A stretch of DNA of 64,000 nt from Leucoraja erinacea (GCF_028641065.1 NC_073384.1:29698001-29762000), one strand, 5' to 3'. Shown: positions 26,966 through 39,657, counted from the first letter of the stretch. Notes: generated from the sequence alone by a model not told the origin. Made by a program: numbers and translations.

Positions 26966-29764
26966 ACACATAAAAGTGAGTATCAACTGTGTATTTGCTC
27001 CACTAATTTCAATGCACATATATTCTGCTTGCATCAGTGATGAAAGGTAAATCTGATCCCTTAAGTTGTGCACAGAAACATTCCCGTACAAAATTATTGA
27101 CTAATTTTTTACTATTTTCAAGGAAAGGCAACTTACATATTGGTATTAGTATATTATTGTTACGTGTACTCAGATACAGTGAAAAACTTAGTTTTGTGTA
27201 ATAGGTAGACAAATATCATATGAGTACAATCATACTAAACATGAATACCACAGGCAGTTCACAAAGAGAAAGGAAACAGGATGCAGAATATAGTTTAGTT
27301 TCTTGTTACATGTACCGAGGTACAATGAAAAGCTTTTGTTGTGGAAATACTATATATGATTACAATTGAGACATCCAGTGTACAGATACATGATTACAAT
27401 CAAGTATGAATATAGTGTTGTAGCTGCAGAGAAGGTGCATTAAAAAAGTACAATTTGCACAACAAGTTAAATTGGGAGATCGGAAACGTCTGATAACAAT
27501 GGAGGAAGAAGCTGTTCTTGAATCTGGTGATATGTGCTTTCAAGCTTTGGTATCCTCTGCCTGACTGAAGAGGAGAGAAGGGGGAATGATTAGGGCGTGA
27601 GTGGCCCTAGATTATGTTGGCTTTTTTCCCCTGAGGCAGTATGAACAGCAGATGGAGTAGAGGGTGGTGGAGGCAGGTTTGCAAGTTGGACTGGGCTGAA
27701 TCATTGGGAAGATGGCAAATTTAATTTACCTAAATAGAAAGTAGAGTGTGTTTTCTTGGCCTTAGCTTCAGTGTAATTGGTCCAGGTCAAATTGTTGGTA
27801 ATTTACACCTAGGAACTCAACTATTACCACTACAGCAACATTGATACAGCTTGACTGGTACTCCACACTGCTTCTTGTTGAAAGTTGATGACCAGCTCCT
27901 CAATGTCATTGACACCGTGGAAGAGGTTGTTGTCTTGACATCATGCTACTATGCTCTCGATCTCCTTCCTGTACTTTCTCATCATTGTTCAAGATCCAGC
28001 CCACTATAGTGATGCCATCTGGAAACTTCTAAATGGAACTCGGGCAGAAATAACACAGCTCTGAGAATAGTGTAAGGGGCTGAAATACAGCAATGTGGGG
28101 CACTGGTGTTGAGAATTATTGAGGAGGATGTTTTGTCACCTATCATTACTGATTGTGGTCTTTGGATCAGGATGTTAAGGTTTAAGTTGTAGAGGGGTTG
28201 CTGAGGCCTGGGTCCAGGGGTATGGCGATGAGTTTGGTTGGAATAATGCTGTTGAAGGCAAAGTGATAGTCAATAAATGCAACAAAATTTCGTTCAAGGT
28301 GCACTGTGTCTAGGTGTATATCTGAATGACAATAAAGTTTTCATTCATTCATTCATGCTTTCATTCATTCATTCATTCATAAGTAGGATAGACACAAAAA
28401 GCTGGAGTAACTCAGTGGGACAGGCAGCATCTCTGGAGAGAAAAAATGGGTGATGTTTTAGGTCGAGACCCTTCTTCAGACTGGTTAGGGATAAGGGAAA
28501 CAAGAGATATAGATGATGATGTGGAGAGATAAAGAACAAGGAATGAAAGATATGCAAAAAAGTAACGATGATAAAGGAAACAGGCCAATTTAAACTGTTT
28601 GTAGGATGCAAATGAGAAGCCAGTGAGACTTAGACTAATCTTCTGGGATTTCCAATATTGGTGTTTGGTTTGAAGTTTCAACTACAGCAGTGAACTCCAT
28701 TCACATCTTTAATGCGTCCCTTTGTTTTCTCTCTCTCTCTCTAACCTTTGAGTGTCCACCAGATCTTCTCTCTTCGGCCGTTACATCCCCTGGCTTTCTG
28801 ACCACATCTGCCCACACTTTCTGACCCTGGATATAATAAAACTCTCAGATTTCAATACCACAGTACCAGTTACATTTTGGTCAATGCTCCCAATTCCAGC
28901 ATGCTCTGGTCCCCATTCCTGATGGTATAGTTGCCCCCGCTCCCATCCATACACTTGCTCTCATTCACAGCCAGAATCTGACATTCTGATTCCTGTTTCC
29001 AGCCATATTCACCCCCCCCCCCCCCATCCATACACCAGCTCACCTTCCTGTCCAGTCTCCATCTGCACATCAGCTCATATTCCATTTCTGAACCACCCAC
29101 ACACCAACCCATGTTCCTGGCCACATTCCATCCACATCCCTGCCTATGTTCCCATCCACTCTCTATCTGAAAACCTGCTCACATTCCATCCACCCACGTA
29201 CCCACATTCCCATCCACTCTCCATCGGCACATCTGCCCAAGTTCCAGCTGATAGTCATCCACAAGCGATTCATCCACCTTCAACCCTGTGTGCTCTTGTG
29301 CAGCCATCAGTCATTGAATGTCTTCTGGAAGTACAAATGCGCTATATTGGCTCATCCTGTATCCATTCTACTTGTCACACAAAGTTCCACAAAGAACTCG
29401 AGCAAATTTGTTGAAGAAGTTTGGAATAAGTATGGGAGTTTGATGCTGACATAGAAATGATGTTACCAGCCTATTGGGCCAAACTGAATGCTTGGATGTT
29501 GGCTTGGGAGAGGATCCTGAGGTCAGTCTGCTTTAAGTTGGAGGGAATTCCAGTGGATTTGAATGATCTCGCGGGTACATTGATAATACCTCTCCAGTGG
29601 TTTGAGTTACCTGCTGTAAATATACATGGCAGTATTTCTATTATTATAGACATACACATTTACAGTGAATTTCTAAATCTAAACAAAAAACTAAACAAAA
29701 AGGAAGCAAAGCAATAGTCATCGGATAACAATGAAGAATTAACCAAAAATGTTCACTTGGGCAA

Positions 29765-30705
29765 AGCTATAGGATAGAGTCTACAGGGACTTCAGCAAAG
29801 CCTCTGATAAGGTTCCATATGGTAGGCTGCTCTGGAAGGTTAGATTGCATGGGATCCAGGGAGAGCTCACTGACTGGATAGAGAACTGGCTTCATGGAAG
29901 GAAGCAGAGGGTGATGGTGGAAAGTTGTTTTTTGGACTGGAGGACCGTGACAAGCAGTGTGACTTGGGGATGAGTGCTGGGCCCACTGCTGTTTGTCATT
30001 TATGTCATATTGGATGAAAATGTACAAGACAGGATTAGTAAGTTTGCAGATGGAAATGGCACTAACATTGGTGGTATCATAGATAGTGAAGGTGGTTATC
30101 AAAAATGAAATCAGGTTCTTGGTCAACTGGGCAAGTGGGCTGAAGGGTGGCTAATCGAGTGGCAAAGAAGACCTTTGATACGTTGCCTGTCAATACTCAG
30201 GGTATTGAGTATAGAAATTGGGACATTATGTTACAGTTGTATAAGATATTGGTAAGGCCGCCTTTGGAGTATTGTGTTCAGTTTTGGTAATCCTACTATA
30301 GGAAGAATGCCATTAAGCTGGAAAGAGTGCAGAATTTGAGGGCCTGATCTTGGGGAGAGGCTCGAGGCTAGAACTTTATTTCTTGGAGTGCAGGAGGTGA
30401 GGGGTGATCCTATAGAGGTATATAAAATCATAAGGGGAATAGATAGGGTGATAGGAACCTGAGGAGTAACTTTTACACAGAGAGCGGGCCGTGAGTATAT
30501 GGAACAAGCTCTCAGAGGAGGTAGAGGGGGAAGACAATGTAATGACATTTAAAAGACATTTGGACAGGCACATGGATAGAAACGTTTTAGAGGGATATGG
30601 ACCAAACATGGGCATGTGTGACTAGCATACAGTAGATGGGGCACTTTTGTCGGCATGGAGAAGTTGGGCCGAAGGATCTGTTTCTATGCTTTATGATTCT
30701 AGGAT
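29765..30705 (+). mobile_element. Old CR1 LINE fragment (RT + 3' end)
   Basis: Decayed DFSKA.DKVP, LGPLLF, KFAD and LVRP.LEYCVQFW equivalents; colinear with 5310-6460. Confidence 0.9.
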
Positions 30706-31940
30706 TCTTAGCCTAGTCAATAAATATTGTTTCTAATCTCAATCAGTCAAATTATTCTCAGGAATACTTTATGATGCAAAATTTGGGGAAAGAATACACA
30801 AGGCTTCTTTATATTTACAATCAGAGGAGATGGAAAACTTAATTTAGAGAGGATTGGAAAACAATCAGTTTCTACCTCTTTGTGTTCTGTGCGTAACACA
30901 ACAGGAAGCATATATTATGCTTGGAGGAGGTGTCCAACAGGTTTTTCAGAACGATGCAGATAAATAAATTTATAAGCACAGATTGTATATACTGTATCAA
31001 GCTTGTATTTTGTTTTGATGATTAAAACCTTGATCTAACTCAACATAAGATGATTAAAGACATAAAAAGAATGATAGAAGCTATTACCTAGAAATACATC
31101 AGCACCAAATGTGTTTTATGATAGCAGCAGCACTTCTCAAATTAGTTACAGCATAGTCGATATACTGTAATTGATCATTGGCATCATACTGTAATACCGA
31201 GCCACCATCATCGAGCATGCATTGTTTAATGTTACCATCCAATCATGCTGGCTGACGGTGCTATGAATCTGACAGGTCACATCCAGGTAGGAGAGAACCA
31301 GGATCTATGATAAGAATCTAATTGGCTGCTGCTGAGGTCAACCCCACCTCACCTAGATCAACCTTTAATTTGTTAGCTGTTGCCCTACCCTTTCCCCACA
31401 CCTCTTTCTACAAGCTATCTCCCCTATTCTCCGTTGGTCAAGTGAAGGGCCCTGACCCGAAATATCATCTTTTTATTTCCCTCCACAGATGCTACCTGAC
31501 CTGTTGTATCTTGTCCTAATATAATGCAGTCAGTCCCATTCCCGAGGACCGGTCTCTCTAAATTTGCCTATTCAATTCCTATTTGAAGGTAATTGATTCA
31601 ATTGTCACAACGTTCTAAAGCAGTGAGTTCCAAATCATTGAGTCATAGAGTGATACAGTGTGGAAACACCCCTTTAGTCCAACTTGTTCACACTGACCAA
31701 CATATCCCATCTACAATAGTCCCACCTGCCTGCTTTGGCTCATCTATATAACTAAAAGTCTCATCTTGACCACTTCCTGTCTGCGTTGTATAATGATTTT
31801 AGAAAAAACGCTACCATATATCACTATGATCTTTGGACATCTTACTCACAGTTCTCCTCCACTGAGGCAGCCCCGAAGATTTTTCCGATCAATGAAAAAT
31901 AAAAAAGTTATGAATATTTTAAAAATCTTGAGATCAGCTG

Positions 31941-32041
31941 ATTGGTCCTCTCGCCTGTCAATCACCATGATGAATGTAACGCCCCTTCTGGGGGGGGGGG
32001 GCAGGACTATAAAACCCCAGATGCCTGGACGTGACTCAGTC
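31941..32041 (+). promoter_or_regulatory. Pol II core-promoter architecture inside H1
   Basis: ATTGG at 31941, G-run/GC box, TATAAAA at 32008, Inr TCAGTC with A at 32038 (30 nt after the TATA T), overlapping TGACTCA. Confidence 0.5.
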
Positions 32042-32080
32042 ACTCTGGAAGATCGCGAGGGAGAGGCCACAACTGTGATT

Positions 32081-32144
32081 CTACTGAACTGTGAATCTAC
32101 TGAACTGTGAATCTACTGAACTGTGAGTCTACTGAACTGTGTGT
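32081..32144. repeat. 16-bp tandem repeat x4 (CTACTGAACTGTGAAT)
   Basis: Read directly from the sequence. Confidence 0.9.
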
Positions 32145-32209
32145 CTACTCTTTATGTGCTTTATGTGGTTGATGTGGTTACGTAATTTATGTGGTTATGT
32201 GGTTAATCT

Positions 32210-32523
32210 TTTATGTGCTTGCAATAAATGATTTATTAGCCAGCAATGTGCTTGCAATTAATGATCATTTGTTAACCCTTAATGTGCTTGCAATAAATGA
32301 TTTGTTAGCCAGCAATGTGCATGCAATGAATGATGATTTGTTAACCCTTAATGTGCTTGTAATAAATGATTTGTTAGCCAGCAATGTGCTTGCAATGAAT
32401 GATAATTTGTCAACCCTTAATGTGCTTGCAATAAATGATTTGTTAGCCAGCAACATGCTTGCAATGAATGATCATATGTTAACCCTTAATGTATTTGCAA
32501 TAAATGATTTGTTAGCCCTTAAT
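32210..32523. repeat. Minisatellite with alternating 33- and 36-bp units (69-bp higher-order repeat)
   Basis: AATGTGCTTGCAATAAATGATTTGTTAGCCAGC alternates with AATGTGCTTGCAATGAATGATGATTTGTTAACCCTT. Confidence 0.9.
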
Positions 32524-32529
32524 GAAATG

Positions 32530-32960
32530 AAATGAGTTGTTTGGCCTGCCCTGTGCTTGAAATTGAAATGGAAATGGAAATGAAATGAGTTGTTTGGCCT
32601 GCCCTGTGCTTTTGCTTTGCTTGACCTCACCTGAAATGAAAGCAAATGGATTGTATTGTTGGCTGGTCGCGCCTGCCCTGTGCTTTTGGTTTTGTCTTTG
32701 CATTGCTTGAGCTCACCAGAAATGAAAGCAAACGGATTGTATTTTTGGCTGGCCCCGCCTGCCCTGTGCTTTTGCTTTTGCTTTGCCTTTGCTTTGCTTT
32801 TGCTTTGCTTGAGCTCATCTGAAATGAAAGCAAATTGATTGTATTGTTGGCTGGCCCCGCCTGCCCTGTTCTTGACTTGACTTTACTTAAAATGGATTGA
32901 CTTGACATGCAATTGATTGTTGGCCCTGCTTGACTTGTCACTGTGCTTGACTTGACTTGA
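32530..32960. repeat. Degenerate ~85-105 bp repeats (GAAATGAAAGCAAA...GCCTGCCCTGTGCTT)
   Basis: At least 3 full and 2 partial copies visible. Confidence 0.8.
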
Positions 32961-32969
32961 CACCCATGC

Positions 32970-34170
32970 TACCTCCTCCCCCCGCGCCCCCTCCCCCCTC
33001 TCACCGCACACCCCTCTACTGCACACACACCCCCCCCCCGCACACAATTCTCCCCCCGCACACACCCCCTCCCCCACAAAAATCTCCTCCCCCACACACA
33101 CCCCAATGCCGCACCGCCCTCTCCCTCCCCCCGCACGCCCTCTCCCTCCCCCGCACCCCTCTCCCTCCCCCGCACACCCTCTCCCGCACACACCCCCTTT
33201 CCCCCTCCCACACACCCCCCACACCCCCCCCACCCCCCCCCCCCCCCCCCCCCCCAGCCCCCCCCCCCCCCCCAATGCTCTGGATTGAAGCCGCTGAACA
33301 CGCAGTATTTTTGGTTGGGCTTCCGAAGTCTTCCCCCCCCCCCCCCCCTCTCTCCTCACACCCCTTCCCCCCCCCCCCCTCTCCCAATCCTCTCCCACTC
33401 CCCTCTCCCCCCAGTTCATCTCCCCTCATCCCCCTCTCTCCCCCTCTCTCTCCTCTACTCCCCCCCTCTCTCCCCTCTCTCCCCCCCCCTCTCTCCCCCC
33501 CCCCCCCTCCCCCCCCCTCCCCCCCCCCCTTTCTCCCTTTCTCCCCCTCTCTGCCCCCCTCTCCCTCTCTCCGCCCCCCTTCTCTCCCCTCCCTCTCTCT
33601 TCCTCCTCCCTTCCCTAGACCCCCCCCCCTCCCCTCCATCCCCCACCTCTCCCCCCCCCCATCTCTCCTCTCCCCCCATCTCTCTCCCCCTCCCATTCCC
33701 CCCCACCCCTCCCAACCCCTCCTCTCCCCCCTCTTCTGCCTCCCTCTCTCTCCCCCCTCTCCCCTACGCTCTCCCCCCCTCTTCGCCTCCCTCGACCCCT
33801 CCCGCCTCCCCCCCCCCCCTCCTCCTCCCCCCCCCTCTTCCTCCCCCCCCCTCCCCCCCCTCCCTTCCTCCCCCCCTCTCCTCCTTCCTCCCCCCCTCCT
33901 CCCTTCCCCCCCCCTCTCCTTCCTCCCCCCCTCTCCTTCCTCCCCCCCTCTCCTTCCTCCCCCCCCTCTCCTTCCTCCCCCCCCTCTCCTTCCTCCCCCC
34001 CCCCCTTCCTCCCCCCCCCTCCTTCCCCCCCCCCTCCTCCTCTCCCCCCCCCCCTCCCTCCCTTCCCCCCCCCCCTCCCTCCAACCCCCTCTCCCTTCCC
34101 CCACTCTCCCTCTCTCTCTCTCTCTGCTCTTCTGTCTCTACCCCCCTCTCTCTCTACCCCCCCCCCTCTC
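32970..34170. repeat. 1.2-kb C-rich polypyrimidine low-complexity tract
   Basis: Almost only C/T on +; source of the spurious Pro- and Gly-rich ORFs. Confidence 0.95.
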
Positions 34171-35476
34171 TGGATGCGCCTGCGAGGTGAGGGCTATACG
34201 TCAGTGGACAGGGCGGCGATGGGGTAAAAGAAGCCAATGAATAATATTGATTTAATATCAAGGGGGATGGTTAGAGTGTGTGGGAGGGGGGGTGGTTAGT
34301 GTGTGTGTGATGCCGCAGACCGCCCCCCCCCCCCCCCCCCAACCTCCGCAACCGCTCGTTGAGGGGACGGGTCCCAATGGGTCCCCCTTGGTCGAGTAAC
34401 CTCTAAATTCTTCCTATCTTATATCTGCCCAAATGTCTATGAAAAAAATCCCAAAAAATTACTTGTCAAGGGCATGTTTGTTAAATCCATGGACATTTAT
34501 AATTTATCAATTTTAGCAGTGTAAACATCACTTTTTAAGCTAATTTGACTGATCTGTTCAATGACTGCATCTTTGTAAAAATTAAATTTGTATTTCCTGG
34601 ATTGGTGTATCTGATGATTTTGCATGCAATTGTCTGCAGCCTCTGGGCTTCAACGTGGAAACTGATAACAATCCATCCATGACATTGTAAGAGGAACCCT
34701 CAGTACAATTTCTCAAGCAATCTCAGGTTGAGGTGAAGTAAATCTCTGAAAGATACATTTCAAGGCGAATAGATTCTGGCTGCACTGACTGTCAGCTAAC
34801 AAAATTATAATTCTTAATAACCTCAGGGTCTTCAGTGGGAACATGAGGTGCAGATGGTATAATACATTAGAAACAGGTTAATTGACTGCTACATACAGGG
34901 GAAATGATTCAGTGAATATGAATGAGGTTGTGATCCTAATAACATAAGAGATTAACTCACATAAAGATCTCTTGCAGTTCAGATGTGTACCTGGCATGGA
35001 GCCGATTCACGGGGTGCTACATATGCAGTGTGTATGAAGCAATGTTGACAGTCTGGCAACTAATGTATGCTGTCGTTATTACAGACAGGGCAATGAACAA
35101 GATCCATTCAGAGCACACACGGGCTGTGTATCTAGCACGGCAACCACTTACTATAACCACCTCTCACATACCATTTTTTCTAGACAGAACACATTATTTA
35201 TGAATCCCTTATCAGCACAGACTCCATGAAAAATGCTGGCTTCGTAACATGATCATATGTATAACACATTTAATGGTATTCAATGCATGTCCATCAAGAG
35301 TGATTAGGTTACTTTTTCAGTCTCTCTTTCACCAGTATGGCAGCTAAAGAACAGCCAAATGAATTACAGCCATATCTGTGACCTCAGCTTTTCCCGCAAG
35401 CCTACAGAGAAAAAAATGATTAATGCAGGCAAAATCAAACGGGGCAAATGTCCTGTGATTCTGAAGGGGTGACTTA

Positions 35477-35922
35477 CAGTGCCCTCCATAATATTTGGGA
35501 CAAAGACCCATCATTTATTTGTTTGCCTCTGCATTCCACAATTTGAGATTTGTAATAGAAAAAATCGCATGTGGTTAAAGTGCACATTGTCAGATTTTAA
35601 TAAAGGGTATTTTTATACATTTTGGTCTCACCGTGTCGAAATTACAGCAGTGTTTACACATAGTCCCCCCAATTCAGGGCACCATAAATTTTGGGACACA
35701 GCAATGTCATGTAAATGATAGTAGTTATGTTTAGTATTTTGTTGCATATCGTTTGCATGCAATGACTGCTTGAAGTCTGCGATTCATGGACATCTCCAGT
35801 TGCTGGGTGCTTTCTCTGGTGCTGCTCTGCCAGGCCTGTATTACAGCCATCTTTAGATGCTTGTTTTGGGGGTTAGTCCTTTCAGATTTCTCTTCAGCAT
35901 ATAAAAGGCACGCTCAATTAGG
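35477..35922. mobile_element. Tc1-like DNA transposon end fragment
   Basis: TA|CAGTGCCCTCCATAATATTTGGGACA terminus with an internal direct repeat (CACCATAAATTTTGGGACA ~35680), as in IR/DR Tc1 elements; truncated at H2. Confidence 0.75.
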
Positions 35923-35923
35923 G

Positions 35924-36355
35924 TCTAGTACATAACTAAAACTCTGATCTTGTTATCTTCCGGTTTGGTGGTCTTTCTATTTGCGCAAAAATGGTTTGCG
36001 ATAGCACTACGATTTTTTACCAGTTCACTTACCGTTCTCCTGTGCCAAGTTTCGTTCCGATCGGTTGAATGTCGTATAAGTTAGCGAGGTTTAAAAATCT
36101 TAAAAACCATGTGTGCACAGATCGATCTCTTCTCCTGCCAGTCGGCGCTGTGTGAATTAGTCTCTTCCCCGTCACTCCCTGGGATGGTCTGCCCCTTCCC
36201 GCATCATCGCATCTTTACTGGAGCTGAGGGTGGCTGGCGGAGATTTCCAACCGGAGTTTCGGAGGGACCCAAAGCAGACCCAAACCTCCCCCACAAACCA
36301 CTCCGCACTCACAACCCCCCCCCCCCCCCCCCCCTACAGGTCCTACTTGGTCTAG
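35924..36355 (+). mobile_element. Short non-autonomous Helitron-like element H2
   Basis: 5' (TC)TAGTACATAACTAAAACTCTGATCTTG; shared core AAGTTTCGTTCCGATC; 3' GGTCCTACTTGGTCTAG|T. Confidence 0.7.
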
Positions 36356-36736
36356 TTGAATTTAAAAAGAAAATTAATGTGCAGAGACTCATTTAGAAAA
36401 AGGAAAAAAAACACTTGTGAAGTGGCTTCATTGATTCCAATGTGAGAAAATAATTGTTTCTCCTTGTTTTCCTTGAACATTGTGCAATGAAATAACGGGG
36501 AAAAAAATCAATATAGGGATGAAATAGTATGTCGATGAAGCATGTAAACATTTCTGGGATGTATGCAACCCTGAGACTACCAGATGTCATTCATGAATAA
36601 TACTCCTAACATTTGCAATTTAGAAAGGAAGTTATTAAGGATGGAAAACTCATGGACATAAATTTGAAGGAATGCAACTCAATCAGTCCTTAATCCTTCG
36701 AATTACAGTCTGGTACATGCCAGATAACATAGCTTA

Positions 36737-36790
36737 AAGGGCTGTCACACTGCAGCGACCTAATTCAGAAGAATGTCTTTGACCTTCAAG

Positions 36791-36843
<53 letters not shown>

Positions 36844-37007
36844 TTTCCGCAACCTAGCTGAGGCCGTAAGTATGTGGGAAATTCCTTCGAGCAAGAAGGA
36901 GAGTTCCAGTGACCTCATAGGACCATGTGTGGACCATGCTGTGAATTTGAGTCACGGGTAAACTCTTCCAAACTCGCAGATTAGGTCGCCGCAGTGGGAC
37001 AGCCCTT
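36737..37007. mobile_element. PIF/Harbinger MITE with internal (CA)n
   Basis: ~28-bp TIR AAGGGCTGTC(A/C)CACTGC(A/G)GCGACCTAAT; TTA target duplication on both sides. Confidence 0.85.
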
Positions 37008-37224
37008 TTATTATATATAGGCAGGACTGAAATTAATGAAAATATAATAAAAATGCAAGTCCAACCTATTTTCTTATTTCAAATGCCAATTGCCATTATA
37101 TGCATTTCCACAAATCCCAACTTCTCCCTCATCAAGACACTATTTAACTTATCCCTTAATCAAGCTATTAATCAACTTCACTGATACCTTATTCTTTGAC
37201 TTATTGTCTCTGTTCTACCTTATG

Positions 37225-38287
37225 TCTCTGATCTCCAGTTTGCTTCCAGTTCCTCGTGCTGGCGAGAGCAGGACCAGGGAGATACAGGACCTGAACGTGC
37301 AGCTGAGGAACTGGTGCAGGGGGCAGGGATTTAGATTCTTAGATCACTGGGATCTGTTTTGGAGTAAGGGGGAACTGTACAAAAGGGACGGATTGCACCT
37401 TTACAGGTGAGGGGCCTGCATTCTGGCAGGCAGGTTTGCCACTGCTACACGGGTGGTTTTAAACTAAATAAGGGGGGGGCGGGGTGTCAAATGGGATAGT
37501 CAAGGACGGAGTTAAAGGGAAAGGGAGTGAAGTGATAGTTAATGACCCCAGAATTAATGGGAAAGAAAGCTCACATAGAGATAGGAGAGTATGGCCAAAT
37601 GTAATAGGGACCGATTTGAAAGGTGAGATGCGGAAGGAATTACAAATTTTGTATATGAATGCGTGAAGTATAAGAAGTAAAGTAGATGAGCTTGAGGCTC
37701 AGTTAGAGGTTGGTAGATATTGTGGGGATTACTGAGACGTGGCTGCAGGAGGATTGGGCATGGGAACTTAATATTCAGGGTTATACATCTATAGAAAGGA
37801 CACGCAAGTGGGCAGAGGAGGGGGGGGGGGGGGTAGCTCTGCTGGTGAGGGATGGAATTCAGACACTTGCGAGGGACGACATAGGGACTGACAAATTAGA
37901 GTCACTGTGGATTGAGTTGAGGAATTGCAAAGGCAAGAAGACACTAATTGGTGTTATCTACAAACCTCCAAATAGTAGCCTGGATGTAGGGTGTAATTTG
38001 CAGCAGGAGTTAAAACTGGCATGTAACAAAGGTAATGCCACTGTGGTGATGGGGGATTGCAGGTGGACTGGGAAAATCAGGTTGGTTCAGGACCCCAAGA
38101 AAGAGAGTTTGTAGAGTGTCTCCGAGATGGATTCTTAGAGCAGCTTGTAATGGAGCTGACCAGAGAAAAGGCAATTCTGGATTTAGTGTTGTCCAATGAA
38201 CCAGATTTGATAAGAGAACTAGAGGTAAAGGAACCGCTTGGAGATAGTGATCATAATATGATTAATTTTAATCTACAATTTGAAAAG
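37225..38287 (+). mobile_element. CR1 LINE fragment: ORF1 esterase end and ORF2 endonuclease
   Basis: WCRGQGFRFLDHWDLFW...YKRDGLHL (SGNH-type ORF1); LYMNA, GITETW, GGGVALLV, ILDLV and SDHN endonuclease motifs. Confidence 0.92.
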
Positions 38288-39110
38288 AAGGTAAAGGAGA
38301 AAGGAAGAGGAGGAGCCAGAGGGCTGAGAGAGAGCTGAGAAGGGGAGGAGACATCAAGGGCTATCGGAAATTTGAGAAGTCAATGTTTATGCCGCTATGG
38401 TGCAAACTGCCCAAGCGGAATATGAGGTGCTGCTCCTCCAATTTCCGGTGGTGCTCACTCTGGCCATAGAGGAGGCCCAGAACAGAAAGGTCGGATTTGG
38501 AATGGGAGGGGGAGTTGAAGTGCTGAGCCACAGGGAGATCAGGTTGGTTAATGCGGACCCAGCGGAGTGGTTCGGCGAAACGATCGCCAAGCCTGTGCTT
38601 GGTCTCACCGATGTAGATCAACTGATATCTAGAGCAGCGGATACAATAGATGAGGTTGGAGGAGATGCAGGTGAACCTCTGTCGCACCTGGAATGACTGC
38701 TTGGGTCCTTGAATGAGTCGAGGGGGGAGATGAAGCGCCAAGTGTAACATCTCTTGAGCTTGTAAGGGAAAGTGCCCGGAGGGGGGTGGTGCGGGAGGGA
38801 AGGGAAGAATTGACCAGGGAGTTACGGAGGGAGTGGTCTTTGCGGAAAGCAGACAGGGGGGGAGATGGGAAGATGTGGCGAGTGGTGGGGTCACGTTGGA
38901 GGTGCCGAAAATGACGGCGGACTATTTGTTGTATGTGACGGCTAGTGGGGTGAAAGGTGAGGACTAGGGGGACTCTGCCCTTGTTACGAGTGGGGGCATG
39001 GGGAGAGAGAGCAGTGTTACGGGGTATTGAAGAGACCCTGGTGAGAGCTTCATTTATAGTAGGGGAGGGGAACCCCTGTTCCCTGAAGAATGAGGAGATT
39101 TTCGATGCCC
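38288..39110 (-). mobile_element. Penelope-like element fragment (RT thumb/linker + GIY-YIG endonuclease)
   Basis: [25 protein letters not shown]...YIGETK, EQHLIFRLG..H.SGINIDFSNFR. Confidence 0.92.
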
Positions 39111-39657
39111 GTGTGTATTGTGTACAGTTTTGGACTCCTAACTTGAGGAAGGACATCCTTGTGATTGAGGCAGTGCAGCGTAGGTTCAAAAAATTGATCC
39201 CTGGGATGGCGGGGCTGTCATATGAGGAAAGATTGAAAAGACTAGGCTTGTATTCACTGGAGTTGAGAAGGATGAGGTGTATCTTATAGAAACATATAAA
39301 ATTATAAAAGGATTGGACAAGCTAAAAATCTTCCCAATGTTGGGCGAGACCAGAACCAGGGGCCACAGTCTTAGAATAAAGGGGAGGTCATTTAAGACTG
39401 AGGTGAGAAAAAAACTTTTTCACCCAGAGAGTTGTGAATTTGTGGAATTCCCTGTCACAGAGGGCAATGGAGGACAAATCACTGGATGGATTTAAGAGAG
39501 CGTTAGATAGAGCTCTAGGAGCTAGTGGAATCAAGGGATATGGAGAGAAGGCAGGCATGGGTTATTGTTTGGGGACGATCAGCCATGATCACAATGAATA
39601 GCGGTGCTGGCTTGAAGTGCCAAATGGCCTCCTCCTGCACCTATTTTCTATGTTTCT
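39111..39657 (+). mobile_element. CR1 3' fragment
   Basis: [14 protein letters not shown]...LERRRM-type sequence, 3' UTR and TTCTATGT tail. Confidence 0.9.

Larger units (their letters stand above)
31743..34396 (+). mobile_element. Non-autonomous Helitron-like element H1
   Basis: Begins TCTATATAACTAAAAGTCTCATC; ends in a GC hairpin + TTGGTCGAG (CTAG variant). Removing it rejoins a CR1 tail at A^T (TTTGGCTCA|TAACCTCTAAA) with no TSD. Confidence 0.8.

Noticed and set aside
29471-29615. Possible minus-strand exon (CAG|GT...ILSQANIQAF*)
   Set aside because: Resembles a decayed RTE ORF end more than a host exon; no partner exons.
32620-32840. Repeated minus-strand TTTCATTTCAG|GTGAG (recursive splice-site-like)
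   Set aside because: Only one of three repeat copies has both AG and GT, and no minus-strand transcript is evident.
32081-32960. CRISPR-like repeat arrays
   Set aside because: Tandem units without unique spacers, no cas genes, and vertebrate context.
32883-34240. Long Pro-rich and Gly-rich ORFs (up to 427 aa)
   Set aside because: Artefacts of a stop-free C/T tract, open in many frames on both strands.
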